Below are positions 1-14,093 of a stretch of DNA of 64,000 nucleotides, one piece after another. The number at the start of each line of letters is the position of its first letter. The first letter of the stretch is position 1. Origin of the DNA: Antedon mediterranea. Taxonomy: Eukaryota; Animalia; Echinodermata. The stretch covers positions 3,432,101-3,496,100 of the forward strand of contig NC_092677.1 in the NCBI RefSeq assembly GCF_964355755.1, given 5' to 3'. A program made the position numbers and the translations under genes. The notes below the pieces were generated by a model, which saw only the letters and a list, made by a program, of their open reading frames with translations, searched no databases and was not told the DNA's origin.

Positions 1-545
1 TAACAATTACCACAAAAACGCTAACAGAATGAAAGTATAATTATTTAAATTAAAAGCAAAAAACTAGTCAATTTGGACCAGCTCAGATGGTTCCCAATAG
101 ACTAGATGATCTGGGGTGAGCTTAAATAGTAAATACAAAGTGTATATGGGGGTGAGCTTATACTGTCAGTATGCATAACAATAAATTGGTTTTTTTTTTC
201 ATTTAAAATAGAATCCAAACAGGTAATTTTTACGACTGGATCTGATGTGTGAAAGTGTCATTTTAATTCATACATATGGTTTAAAAGAAACAATATTTAA
301 AAATAAGTATATAAAAGCTCTGCTAACTTTTCTGGCTGTTTTACTTTATCGTTTTGCTTTTTATTTTTGTATCTCCATTGAGATCCAGCCACTGATACCC
401 ACAGCATTGTCATTTTTTTCAGTAATTTGCCTTTGGATTTATATATATATACATACATATGCTAATTCCTCTGTACATCGCAATTTTAAATTCTTGAGAC
501 TAAATTTTAATGTGAGAGAGCACTCGTGAGTCATCGCATGCTTAC

Positions 546-3500
546 TTCAAATGCCAACGCAAGGGTCTCCTCATCCTCTGCTGGTTTTGCTACCAAACAA
601 CTTCCAATAACATATTCCCTGAAATCTATTGTCCCTGAACCATCCTGTTAAAAAACAAATAGTACTAACAAATGAATGAAAGCTGGTGGCATCTTCATTG
701 TCTATGCGCTTGTACGTCAGTAAAAAGTACAATGAATGGATAAAGAGAGATTATTAGGATTAGGAGGCTGATATAAGATTTAAGCCAAAAATGCCGAGTC
801 ACACAGGGAATTTGGTATAAGGTTTGAATGTTCATTTTGTATTACTTGTATTGCCAATAGCTTGTGCAAAACCTGTTTTTCATTTAGGAGAATTTATTAG
901 CACAATCAAATTGACTTGTGCGCATGCATTAATGTTTTTAATACTTTTTGTGATGGAAAGAAATCGTTCAACCAATCAGAACTCAGAAATTTTGTATTCA
1001 TTCAAATATGTTCACTAATGGGACGCAGGTATGATCCTTCAATTCCTATATAAGGATATTATATAATGGATTCGTCAAATACACAACCATGCCTCAACCT
1101 TGGGTCAACAAACCTGGGGGTCATAGTTCACATGCAAAATTAGGAGAGTTACAGTCACTACATCAAATTATATTTTTAAAGCTCTGTCTACACTATCAAA
1201 CCTTATGTGACAAAATAACGTTATGTGCCCATATATGGATACGATGATGTCATACCACTATTTGGGCATATCACACTTTTTTTTGTCAAACTAGTTTGAT
1301 AGTATAAATTGAGCTTAAAACTGCCATTAAAATGCTCCACTGTTTTTAAAATTTTATACTAGAACATACCCTATCATACATTGCAAAGACCTCCTCTAAA
1401 GCTGGCGATACTGGTAGTTGAAGATATTCTGCAAAATCTTCAATGCTTATGTAACCCTTTGACTTGGCAATCGCAGCGTATTTGGGAAGTTGCTCTTTGA
1501 TATCAGAAAACTTCAATCTGTCAAAAAATAAGATTATTTTAAAGTAATCATTTTTATAAAACCCATAATCAAGGCATTAAGGGCTATTTATACTATGATA
1601 ATGACATTTTTTTAAAATGTAATTTCTGTATATGAAAAATAATAATCGATTTATCATTAATGTTTAATATAAAAGGGCCATTACCCTGTAAAAATATGGC
1701 AGATTGGAATAGAACGCCATTTGACGAGTTAATATTTGCTGCAAGTTCTAATTATCAAGCAAGCAAACTTCGATAGGTAGATAGATAGATACACACCCGA
1801 CATCATAATACCCTGTATGTATGTTCATTTGTTGATTAATAATACTTTCATGAGCATTTAATTTCTCAGCAATAATTATTTGTTACTTTGACCGTGTAAA
1901 AGACATATGGTGACCTTTCCTTTGGCACGCCAGAACTAACACATTGACGAGCTTATAAAATATTATGTTATGTAAGTGAATTTATATAACACACATGGAG
2001 CAAACACTCATCACAAGTACTGACTACCAATACAGATTGTCAATAGATAACAAACACCATTATCATAAATTATTCAAATACAGTAAACAGAGGCCCTGTT
2101 TCTGCTGCCAACTAAATACCGTATATTATACGGTATTTTTTGAATACCGTATATATACGGTATATTTTTGGCAGCAGAAACTGCGCTCATAAAAAATATA
2201 CCGTATTTTGTATACCGTATTTTCCCCACAAAATTTGTGGATAAAATACGGTATTTACAAATTTATACCGTATTTTTTGTACCCGTTTCTGCTGCCAATA
2301 AAAAATACCGTATTTTTTTTTTACATGACAAAAGGTCACCATTCGTGTTTTTATTTTCTGTCGCTGTTAGCTGCTTTACACACATGTATAGATATATTCG
2401 GCGAAAATGTGGAGCGAATACGTCACAGTTTTACTAAATAAATGTGTGTGGGGAAGCTAAAATGTCTGACCAACTAAAAGGTAATAAAAGGGACAACCAC
2501 ATTTATAAAGACATTTCTAAAAAAATAAAGCAGGAGTATGGAATAAACTTGTCTCCAAAGCAAGTAAACTCAAAGCTGAAGAGCCTGCGAAAGCAGTACA
2601 ACATTGCAAAATACAATAACTCGGGGAGGGAACGAATTAATTGTCCCCATTACGATGTTTTCTGTGCTCTCAACATCTCTATCACTAGGGCTAGGCTGTT
2701 GAAAGTGAGACGTAAAACTTCCTTTATTGCGACTTTTAATTATCGATCAAATAAATGAATGGCAATTTGGGTAAAAAAGATGAAATTTAACACGACCACC
2801 CAAGAAGTATTGTTAGCAGAAACGGGGTACTAAAAAATACGGTATAAAAAATACCGTATTTTATACCGTATTTTTATACCGTATTTTGAGCAGTTGCAGC
2901 AGAAACAGGCCCAGAGATATTATCTAGGTTGCATAATTAGCCAGTGGTTCCCTTTAAGGTCCTGTGGCCGTATCCACCAACCACACTTAAGTCAGATATT
3001 TCCCTTAACTAAAAAAATATTTAAGTATTTCACTTAAATTGTATTCACTTAGATACTGTAGGAGATTTTTTAAGAGTAAGTTCCCTCAGCCTCATTTATG
3101 AATGCTGAATAGGGCCACTGTTTCTGCTGCAGAGTGCCAAATAAACTTGTTTCAAAATATATTAAAAAAGGTTTTAATCAACCCCGTTTCTGCTAAAATT
3201 ATGCTCGCAAACAAACTGTTTAAATTAGTGGGTGGCCATTATAAAAAAAAATTAACATTTGCATAAAATATTTTAATTACAGAATCTAAACACGAACTAA
3301 TTTGCATAAAATGTAGTAAGTATAGCTTTTGACCAGGTATAATATACCTCTCTCTGCTTTAACATAAACTATTTTGCATAAAAAGCCAGAAAAGAAAAGA
3401 TCTTCACAGTAGAAAAATATACAACCAAAACATATTGAATCTCTATACTTTTCACAACTGCAATTTCTAAAAGCGGTTGTGTTAAATTAATTCACACAAA

Positions 3501-6500
3501 ATCTTTACAATATTTATGAAAACTATCATAAAAAAACCTTAATAAATTAAATTCTTAGTATCATATTATGTAAAGTGAGACTAAAAAACAAAGTCAGGGA
3601 GCGTAATATGATATACTTAAACCACAGATCAACAAAAGATAGTGCATTATGCCTACTGAATACAACCAGTGTTGCATGCTAGAGGGAATGGCTGTGGCTT
3701 TATATAATACATCTTCATTATATAATATATAACAATACACACAATGAATCATATTCATGTGAAACCACATTGTTGGAATATTGCCAAAAAAAATGAATAA
3801 TATTCGTGACCTATATTCAAAATCAAGGTTCTTTGGCATTATTATTATTTCCATGAAAAACAAATTAATTTACTTCATATTGAATTAAGGATGTATTTTC
3901 CCCCAAAACAAGAAAATCCATTTTGTAGTTTTGGGAAATTTTTGTCAAAAGAAAAAAAAACTAGAATGTCTAATTATCAATTTGTAGCACTCATCATTGT
4001 CACTCCACAAAGAAGAGTAGAATCAGACTAGAACTCAGATTCATGGAAGAAGAATGCTATGTGCAGTTATAATCATGTGCACCATCCTCACCCCCACCCC
4101 ACAAAAAAAACCAAAAAAAAAAACTCATATACATCAGAATACTATTTTTTGAAGATATTGTTCTCTGAATTTTTTTTTTATTATGGTAATTTAATGTCAC
4201 ATTACATCATCTTTAAAGCCCCATTCCCTACGTTTTTTAGATCTAATTTAAGATCACAAACTATATTTAATGTAAAAATAATACTATATAATATAATACT
4301 ACTTTTTTCGTCTTTAAACGGTTAAAAATGTGAAAAATAAATCGATTCTAATAATTATAGCGGCCCGCTATAAATCCCAAAATGCATTGCGCGCGGATTG
4401 ATATTTTTGTTTTTCACCTGTAATTCGCCCACTTTTCGATCGATCGTGAAGCCAAAACAAATGGAAGACTCCTAACTTTTCCCCAATTTGTATCAACGGA
4501 GTCTGGCAAAAATAGAAAGACAATTAATGCAGCAACTATACAACGTCAGGCTAGGTATATAGCTAGCGTACGATGTTCGTACGTTACCGATGTTTACCAG
4601 CTAGGCCTACAAAACTAAGCCTAGCTAGGCTAGGCCTGAGACCGTCCACGAGAGTTCGATCGCCGCGAGCTACTTAGGTAGTACATTGTTTCTCACTTTT
4701 TATCATAATTTACCATAAAACGTACATTTAAGACAAGGAATGACATGGTTTAATGTTTTTAAAGTGATATATATGTATTATTTTCCAAAAAACGTCCAAA
4801 ATTGCAGGGAAGGGGTCTTTAAGTTATTAGAGAGAAGAAACAGGTATACATTAAACGAAAAAGTAAATTACATATCACATGTCATTAAACTTATATAAAG
4901 GTTATATAATAAATACAGAAGTTATGTAAAGTGAGTTTGTGTCAATATTTGTCTTATGCAAATATTTGCAAACGACCGAATAGTAGTACTGGAGCCTATT
5001 AACTCAAAGATATGACAATGTACTGTTCTGCTAGGGCACAAAAGTAGTTATTAATAGGAGAGCATCTCTGTTTATGTAGCTGGGTTTGAGAGAAGGACTA
5101 ACTGAAGCATTGTTGTTGTTTAACATTCCTATGGGCCTAAAGTTGTCTTTTATGTTGGAGGTAGTTCCGTATTAATAAATCATTACTATTGCATAAAATA
5201 CAATCAATAATCATTTTTAGATACTAACTGACCTAAAGGGGTCAAATTAGAGCCTTTTAAAACAGTAGCATAGGGAAGATGCAAGATTTTGTGGTAGGGG
5301 GTACCATAAAGACCTCGCAACCTTGGCCCTACCATGTTTGGGGTTGAGATGTTGCTAAGCTTTACGCTCTGTCTACGCTATCAAACTAGTTTGACAAAAA
5401 AAGTGTGATGTGCTCAAATATGTTAGTGATATGACATCATCATCCATATATGTGCACATCACATTTTTTTTGTCACACAAAGTAGACAGTTGTTGGTGTG
5501 TTGTTAGTGCTTACCCCAACTTCACCGTTAACTTGTGAAACTCTACAGCTCCTGCTTCCATTGGAAGACCATGTTTTTTGGCTTGTTTCATCAGAAGACA
5601 ATCTTCAAATGAATGATCAGTAACCGGAAGATTTAAAGACCTACACAATTAAAATGGTAATCATTATAACCCTTGTGTATTGGGTTCAAATCTTGGTTTA
5701 GTCACAGTACAAAATATTTTCTTAATAGCAAACACCACTACCTCATTTTTGATATATAAATAACATGGGTTTCTTTCCCATCATGTGATTGGTCAGTAAT
5801 AATATGCTTGGTGAGAATAAAAGAAATGTCTGGAACGTACCTAGCAATCACACCTCGTACATTTTGTGCATATAGTGCGGGATCCCGCTTCTCCTCCTCG
5901 CTTGGTTTATAAACTGGAAGGAATTCTATTTCTAACTTATTATTAAAATTGCACATTGTCAACCACATAGAAGCTAACCTGTAAAAAAAAAACAAAAAAA
6001 ATGTTGATAATGTATATTGTCCCCCGAAATTTGTCATTGAATGCCATTTTAATGTCACATAATAGTTATTCAAAAATTATTTACCTGAAAAAATGTAATT
6101 TAAAGCAACAAATAATTAACTTGTCTGTCAGACAATGGTTTTTGGTTAAAACTAACCATTTCTTTTGTCTTTTTATAAATAAGTAAATAACTTAATGTTG
6201 AAACTACAAAATTGTCTATTTAAAGTCTGATTTTATTAATCTTAATTTTTCATGTTTTTGGGGGACAATACATACAAATTTAAATAAAAACAGCAAAAAT
6301 ATATTAGGATTAAATTACTCTTTAACATAATCTTATACTACATCATTTGTGTTGTTCAAGAATATATTCGTAAAGTTAAGTTTTTGAGAGAGAATATCTA
6401 CTGGACTTTAAAAATATCAATTTCTCACAGAATTTACAACTGTTAGTTTTATAGCTTTCAACGTGTACAATCAATTTGATCTGAACTTGTTTCATTAAAA

Positions 6501-9500
6501 GATTGGATATTGACCTCTAAGGTAAACATTTGACCTTAAAGGTCAACAAATTGTTTATTTAAAATAGAAAGTTAGTTTTTGCATTTGTGGAAGAGTAAAC
6601 CATTGACATTAAACATGATCAAATGTAGGACATGTTATTCTTAAATGTTAAATGTAAATGTACTTGGCAAGGAGCAACTTGCACCTGCTACAGTATGCAA
6701 ATAAAGCAAGTTTACTAATACTTAGCACCTATAATAAATACAACCCATTAAAGTGAACTTCACAATTTTCGCAATATTTTCATAGATTTCTCATCTCCCG
6801 CTAAAGGTACAATTTAGTGCATATATTCATTTAGGTACTACTACTTCTACGCCTGTTTTGGTGAGACGTACATAAACATATTTCATGCTTTATGAGCTAA
6901 CATTAACTAATGTTTTGTTTACCATGCTGATTCCAAATATCTTTATGCTTGGATGTATTTAAAGAAATTATAGCTATGGTTTGGAATGGTTTCATGAAGT
7001 CTCTCAATATTACACTCTCTCATATTATCCAAACATTGAGACCTTTTCTAAACAATACAAATATCACTTACACCTGTGGTCCCTTGTATGCCCATGTCAC
7101 AGTGTCAGTGTTGTAGTGTAAAATGACAGGTTGCACTGGCAAACCAGGATTAAATGCTCCTGTAATAAATATCATGTTATTACATTAATTATAGTATTAT
7201 AATAGTTTAATTTAGTCATTATTAAATTAATTAATTAATAGGCCTAGTATAATGTAGAATCACTTTGGAAGTCTCTTATTCTGGGGGGACCCCTATTAAG
7301 GGGACATTTTCCTATGGAAAAAAATAAGTTTTAACACTACAGCCAATTAAGGGACAGCCCAGAGGAAAATTGTTGTGTTTCGTATATTTAGTAATAATAA
7401 TAGGTTTTTTTTATTCTGGGGACATCCCTACAGTAAGGGGAGATTTTTCTGTGGAACAAATAAGTTTTAACACACAGCCTATCCCAATTGAAGGGACAGT
7501 CCAGAGGCAAATTGAAGGGACAGTCCAGAGGCAAATTGTCGGGTCTTCCAGTGTATATAGTAATATTAATGTATTAATAATAGGTCACTTTAAAAAAACC
7601 TTGCATATATTTCTACATGTTTATGTTCACCAACCTGATTAAGAACTTTCTTCATATTTATACAATTAAACATAATAGAAAAGGTACTTAGCACTTTAAG
7701 GTCACTTTAAGGTCACTTTAAGGTCACTTAGATGGTCTGTATAAAACAATACATGGGTGGCATAGACTATCTCTTATAGCCTACATTACAAAGCAGTGAT
7801 CATGACAAGAAAAAGGTTTGGGTATGTACATTATTAATGCCTTGTTTTATTAAATTAAACTTTTTTTGTAATAAAATATAAAATAAATAGAGAAATAGAT
7901 CGATACTGATAGGCCTGAGTGAGAAAAAATTAACATACTTCCAATAAGCATGAGCGATAAAACAACTTTTTTAAACAAGTGTTATCATTCCAAATCTAAA
8001 CATACACGTACCTTGTTTAAAATTAATCAGACATGTTTTATTCGTACATGTCCCTTCGGGAAACATAAGAAGCTGCGGCCAAGGGCTGTTGGGTTGCACT
8101 CGCCTAGTTATTTCGTAACTCGCATTATGGCGTGAATTTGACTGTTTTCTTGACACAAATACTGGCTGTAACAAGTTTACTAAAGCTGTGTGCAAAAGAT
8201 GTTTGAACTGCATTATACAAACAGTAAAAATACATTTTTCGATGAGCAAACTAGGAAATTATGTAATCATTGTGTTTGAAAGTGAACCTACAGTATCTAT
8301 ACTTCAGGTATAATACAGTAGAACCTCTATTCAGGGGACACCTTCAGGAACCAACAAAGTGTCCCTTGAATAAGGATTTCAACAAATAATGTTATAAAAC
8401 TATATTGGCCATTGTTCATTTCACAGTGACAGTAAAGTGTTAATAGAGGTGTCCTTTTAGGACAACATAGGAAAACTATAGCCAGTGGAAAACCCGAATC
8501 AAGGGTACATTTAGGGGACTCATTAATTAAGGACAAAAATATGATTAAGCAACCTCGTGAAATATAACTTACTTCCAGCCAATGGCGCTTTTCCATTCTC
8601 CTCGCGCGACACAGAGTTGGTGTGAGGTAGACCCAATACAAACATGATAAGAATATCAAAAAAAGCGGTATGAGGAGAAATAACACAAATAGGTGCTTCA
8701 TCACGACTTGCTCTTTGACCTTTCACTGAAACATAGTGAAAGCCCATGATAAAAAATTGAAAGCGTCCAATAAGCCAGTTGGGGTACAACAGCATTCTGC
8801 AATGAAGGCAGGAAGAAAAAAATGCAAAATTGGGAGGATTATAAGGAGCTTTGATTCACGACCTATGACCTACTAGGTCATGTCATAAATTGTGCCCATT
8901 CTTGATGGCTTCTAGTAATTAATAATCTGAATGAGGCGCTCTTTACAAAAATAGTCTCACAGCGCTTGAAGTTTAGAATTAAAATAGACCAGGGAATGAC
9001 CTACAACAGATCAATTGACCTGACCTAGTTTGTTTCTAGGAAAGGTCATAGGTCATTACAAATCAAAAGCTCCATATTTAGATTTGAAGCAAGGAGAAGA
9101 ACAAACGATTTGCATTCAAATTTAATTTTTAAAGTTAAGGAATCTTGAGTTAGATTTTTTAAATGAATTTCTATATTTCGAAGCATTATATTAGTAGTTT
9201 AATATCATGTATTTATGTGTGTTATTTAAAAAAAATGTTTTATTTTGTTTGTTATATACAAATTATAAAAATGGAGGTTTTAGTAATGCATTAATTATTC
9301 GCAAATAAATGTTCAATATTTTTCAATCTTGAATTTAAGGAAACATTTTGAAACAACAAGGACACAATTCAAGCTTGTGAATATGCATTAGGGACCAAGT
9401 CAAAAGTATTCTACTGCAGTTACTGCAGTAACTACATTTTTCACTGCAATATAAAGTTTACAGGTATGAGTCATCAGCCATTGCAATATACAATGCATAT

Positions 9501-11142
9501 GATTTTCAAACCAAAAAAAGGATAAAATAAAATTACAAAAAGTACAAAACATTACCCCCAGCAGAATAATTTTGACATGGTTATATAACAGTTGCATTTG
9601 GGAATGCATTATTAATATGATTAAAACAAAAACATAATGCCAATTAAGTTAATTCATCTACTCAGTCATTACTGTATATGATAAATGCAAAATGCATTTT
9701 TTTTTACATTCAATCAGTATTTTATTTTTATTTCAAAATCCAAGCAAACAGAAACATTAATTTGCCAATAACAAGAGGGTAAACATGTATATATATATAT
9801 ATTTGACTAAAGCTCTGTCTACACTATCAAAAAGTGTGATGTACTGTATCCAAATATGGTAGTGATATGACATCATGATATCATATATGGGCACATCACA
9901 TTTTTTGTCACTTAAAGTTTGATAATGTAGATGGAGGTTTACTGTAGGTATGTATGAAGGGGTGGCATTGGCTAAAGCTCTGTCCACACTATCGAACTTA
10001 ATTTGACAAAAATATGGTTAGTGATATGACATCATGTCCATATATGGGCACATCACATGATGCCAAGCCAGTTCTTACCTCCTCCAACCTTGCAAGGGTT
10101 CTTTAACAAGTTGTTCCTCTGTAAGGCCTGCTAGTGCAATTCTGCAAAGAAGATACACTATTGGAAAAAATGCCAGGCCCAAAATCAACCGTAACGGAAC
10201 GACCGTTACTGACATTATAGCAATCTGAAATAGAAATAATAACACTCAAGAATTAACATTTACGATCACTACAATATGAATAGTTTATACATATATTTTA
10301 TATTTTCTGAAAAAAAAATTTTTCAATAATTATAGTTATTAACTTTGACCAAAAATTGGATTAGAAAATAAAAGTATCACAAGTAAAAAGTAGTACTACT
10401 ACTTTAAATTTTATTCAGTTTATTTTCTCTTTTTGCAAGTGAAAAATCATTAATTTTGTTCAACTGCATTTAAACTACAAAAGTTTGATTTTATTTGTCT
10501 TTATTTTTTATGTTTTGGAGACAAAAAGAATATATTAACAATTACCGGAGTAGAACAAAAATTTAAGAAATCACTTGACTAGAAAAAAATGACATCATCA
10601 ATTCATACGTTTTATTTGTTGTGGTTTGGCAAGCAGCCCACTCCACCTTCTAGCTAGGCAAGAAGCTAGATCATTGGCACAATAAATTATTATTAAATCA
10701 AACAGTATTTTATGGGCGAGTTGGGAACCAGGGGGCACCTTTCGCATGTCATGGGTATATTGATATACTAAAGTACATGTAAAAGACTCAAAAAACACCC
10801 TAACCTAGAATTAGAAAGTAGGCCACTGACCTTCCTTCTCATTCACCAACAAAACTTTTCACTATCTCTATCGCAATCTTTTATAACTTTTTCAACATGA
10901 ATACAGACAGGACATACACTTTTATTGACTGTACTGTAACTCAATTAATCAATGACCAAGTAATGAAAGATTATTTCAAATAAATTTGGTGTCTTTATAC
11001 TTACTCTAATCTTGTCTAATGTAGTCAAATTTAAGTGATGAACGAACGGATTGCGAACTGCAGGCTCCAGTAACGATGAGGCTCGTCGCAGCAGGCGACG
11101 CCTTTTCTTGACCACCGTCTCGAACATGGGCCTAGAATTCAT
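546..11142 (-). CDS. LPCAT2: Lysophosphatidylcholine acyltransferase 1/2-like with C-terminal EF-hands (3' end lies left of the window)
   Basis: Exons 11142-11005, 10224-10079, 8796-8573, 8185-8012, 7159-7072, 5978-5841, 5640-5515, 1517-1370, 644-546, all GT-AG and phase-consistent. Motifs: N-terminal RNPFVH, HxxxxD (SPHTAFFD), FPEGTCTN, GAFNPGLPVQPV, EF-hand DRDGSGTIDFREY. LPCAT1 vs LPCAT2 orthology not resolvable. Confidence 0.92.
1180..1315. mobile_element. MITE family A (PIF/Harbinger-like), ~140-160 bp
   Basis: Termini AGCTCTGTCTACACTATCAAAC ... GTTTGATAGT(G)TA...GAGCT, TAA on both sides. Other copies ~5366-5487, 9810-9930, 9976-10058, 26543-26703, 31160-31319, 41320-42128, 43480-43553, 55953-56105, 61818-61959, 62859-63058. 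Confidence 0.85.
2092..2912. mobile_element. Non-autonomous PIF/Harbinger-like DNA transposon carrying a decayed Myb/SANT-like ORF
   Basis: TIRs GGCCCTGTTTCTGCTGC(C)AACT / AGTTGCAGCAGAAACAGGCCC, 3-bp AGA on both flanks, many subterminal ATACCGTAT/ATACGGTAT repeats, internal trihelix-like ORF. Confidence 0.8.
2408..2758 (+). pseudogene. Frameshifted Myb/SANT-like (trihelix) DNA-binding ORF of the transposon
   Basis: WSEYVTVLL / (1-nt shift) INVCGEAKMSDQLKGNKRDNHIYKDISKKIKQEYGINLSPKQVNSKLKSLRKQY...SGRERINCPHYD resembles Myb_DNA-bind_4-type domains found as the second Harbinger gene. Confidence 0.65.
2965..3119. mobile_element. Short MITE with GTGGCCGTAT(T/C)CAC-type termini
   Basis: Left TGTGGCCGTATCCACC, right CTGAATAGGGCCACT; related internal sequence (cttaagt.agatatttcccttaa) and the right end GGTGAATACGGCCACTG recur at ~57278-57396. 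Confidence 0.5.
4217..4818. mobile_element. Kolobok-like non-autonomous DNA transposon
   Basis: TTAA|AGCCCCATTCCCTAC ... GCAGGGAAGGGGTCT|TTAA: imperfect short TIRs, AG...CT termini, TTAA target duplication. Confidence 0.65.
8314..8520. mobile_element. MITE family C fragment (Tc1/mariner/pogo-like, CAGTAGAACCTCTATT.AGGGGACA end)
   Basis: Same end sequence and internal GTGTCCCCTTAATAGAGG motifs as 62338-62585; related pieces at ~7255-7540, 29110-29280, 31829-31868, 33101-33280, 60080-60200. Confidence 0.65.
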
Positions 11143-12747
11143 CTTGACGATCGACTCAAATTGAAGATATTTTCATCTATTTTACACCTTCTCATACTTT
11201 ACCATAAACCACTCCGTTCCTCTCCACCAAATGATATGCAATCACTTCATTTAAACTTTAGTTTACGAAATAAATACACCCTCCTTCGTCGACGAAATGT
11301 TCTTATTATGTAACTTGTTTATTTTTGCAGACTGCATCAAATATAGAGGGCGACATACGATTTTCGTGATTTATTTTATTGAGCGACACCAAACTTTTAC
11401 CATCCAAATTGAATATTCTTCGTTTTATGAAACGTATTTTACAAGAAAGAATATACAGTACTAGACAAATTTATTTTCTTTTTAACTTAATCTTTGCTTA
11501 AAATGTGAAATAATAGTTGAATTACATAATAATGGTTTACCTGTTGAAAATCTATGTGCCAACAAATCCATAATTATTGAGAGATCAGAGAGATCCTCGA
11601 TTGAAAATTGTAGTAATATTTTACACATTTTAAGTTATTACCCAAAAAGCTAAAAAAAAAACACAAAAAATGTATACCTATTAGAATAAAAATTATTATG
11701 ATTAATTTCAATTAACAACTTAGTGTTAACTTATCCCATATTAGTCACTTCACTTTCAAATGCCTGTATGGCATTTTACGTCATCCAGAAATCTGACTAT
11801 GTATAAATCCTAGACAAACTGAAGGCCTCGCTTTTAATCATCTCTTTTTTTCAATCAGGCACTTAATTCTCCTATAAACTGCTTCCTTTTTTTTTTGCAT
11901 ATTTAATTTAATGTATATATGGTGTTTTTGTTTTGGTTTTTTTTGTATATACACGTCTAATATAGGCCTATTGTTTATTCTCAATTTATTTTAGATCATG
12001 GGACTGTCAATTGACTCTTGTCTTGTAGTTATAGTAATCTTTCTTACTTTAGCCGTTCCCTTACCAATTCAGTATATTTTCTTTATTATGTTTTTTTTCT
12101 CGTCAAATAAATAAATGATGAAATGAATTACAAAAGAAAAATAAAACACGCCGTCACGCAATGCCAGTTTCTACAGTTCGGTAACAAAGGTGTCCATAAC
12201 TTTGTGAATAATTGGCCATGCATTCTATATTGACTTATAAAAGGGTATAGAGGTTACCAAAATATTCTACTTGATTATTAAAGCAGTATCGATTGAGCGA
12301 ATAAAAGATATTTAGAAAGGTCGAGTTCTTCTTTGTCGCCTTCATGCTTCGGGGGTCCGAGTATATATAGCTTAACTATAGCTAATATAATATCAATTGT
12401 AAGATGCATATTATTAGTTTTTTATTTCTCAGATATAGTTTAGGTGTTTAAAGTATTAGATATCTTCCTGTACTTAACTGACTCATCACTGATCACTGGG
12501 ATGTCTGAATTAACGTCTTGCAAGAAAGATATCGCCAGTCTGCAGAATACAGTTCAGATTTAATTTGGATCGGTGGAACTGCCATTTTAGGGATTGTATA
12601 CAGTCTGTTCCGATCGCAGTAGTGTGTCAGAAGAGAGAACATCACTGTACTAAATCGATTTTAATTGTGAAGAGAGAACGGAATTTCACTTATCGTGAAA
12701 CAGGCCTACTACAATCTCTGATAGTGATAACACTGTAGTGAAGGGAG

Positions 12748-13706
12748 ATCAATCTAAATAGATTGAATCGTGAAGAGGACAGCAATCTAAATAGATTGAA
12801 TGAGGAGGACAGCAATCTAAATAGATTGAATCGTGAAGAGGACATCAATCTAAATAGATTGAATCGTGAAGAGGACATCAATCTAAATAGATTGAATCGT
12901 GAAGAGGACATCAATCTAAATTGATTGAATCGTGAAGAGGACATCAATCTAAATAGATTGAATCGTGAAGAGGACAGCAAACTAAATAGATTGAATCGTG
13001 AAGAGGACATCGATATAAATAGATTGAATCGTGAAGAGGACAGCAATCTAAATAGATTGAATCGTAAAAAGGACAGCAATCTAAATAGATTGAATCGTGA
13101 AGAGGACAGCAATCTAAATTGATTGAATCGTGAAGCGACAGCAATCTAAATAGATTGAATCGTGAAGAGGACAGCAATCTAAATAGATTGAATGAGGAGG
13201 ACAGCAATCTAAATAGATTAAATCGTGAAGAGGACAGCAATCTAAATAGATTGAATCGTGAAGAGGACAGCAATCTAAATAGATTGAATCGTGAAGAGGA
13301 CATCAATCTAAATAGATTGAATGAGGAGGACAGCAATCTAAATTGATTGAATCGTGAAGAGGACATCAATCTATAAATAGATTGAATCGTGAAGCGGACA
13401 GCAATCTAAATAGATTGAATCGTGAAGAGGACATCAATCTAAATTGATTGAATGAGGAAGACAGCAATCTAAATAGATTGAATCGAAGAGGACATCAAAC
13501 TAAATAGATTGAATCGTGAAGAGGACAGCAATCTAAATAGATTGAATCGTGAAGAGGACAGCAATCTAAATAGATTAAATCGTGAAGAGGACAGCAATCT
13601 AAATAGATTGAATCGAAGAGGACAGCAATCAAATCGATTGAATCGTGAAGAGACAGCAATCTAAATTATTCCTATAGATTGAATCGTGAAAAGACAGCAA
13701 TCTAAA
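12748..13706. repeat. 33-bp minisatellite, ~29 units
   Basis: Unit GAATCGTGAAGAGGACAGCAATCTAAATAGATT with 30-bp variants; contains palindrome CAATCTA-AA-TAGATTG. Confidence 0.97.
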
Positions 13707-14093
13707 TGAAATTTAAATAGGTAATATTTTATCAATTGAATCGTGACGAAAGCAATTTGTATTGAATTGTGAAGCAACAGCTAGCTAAATAGATTGACAT
13801 ATTAATGATGAATAATTGTTGAATACGTCACAATAAAAGGTTTTGAAGCGTAGGTAGGTATAATAGACCTCAAATTGTATATTTTCAGAGAAGACTTTTC
13901 TTTTTCATGTAGGCCTCTACGTTCTGTTTGCATTTGTGTTTGTGCAGGATTTCTTGCCAGGAAAATGTTGCATTATTAAAGGCCAATTTACACAGACGAG
14001 CGGTAAACGGTAATACAAAAATACCATCAGATAACCAAGTGAGTGCAATACGAGTTCAGCGCAAAGGAGATAGTAACGTACCACAAACGCACC

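Noticed and set aside
245-1018. Short hydrophobic ORFs here and many similar 60-110 aa ORFs across the window
   Set aside because: AT-rich intronic or intergenic chance ORFs with no recognisable domain or splice support.
12690-13369. ORFs of repeated SSSRFNLFRL / NREEDSNLNRL peptides
   Set aside because: Products of the 33-bp minisatellite; frameshifted between units and lacking gene structure.
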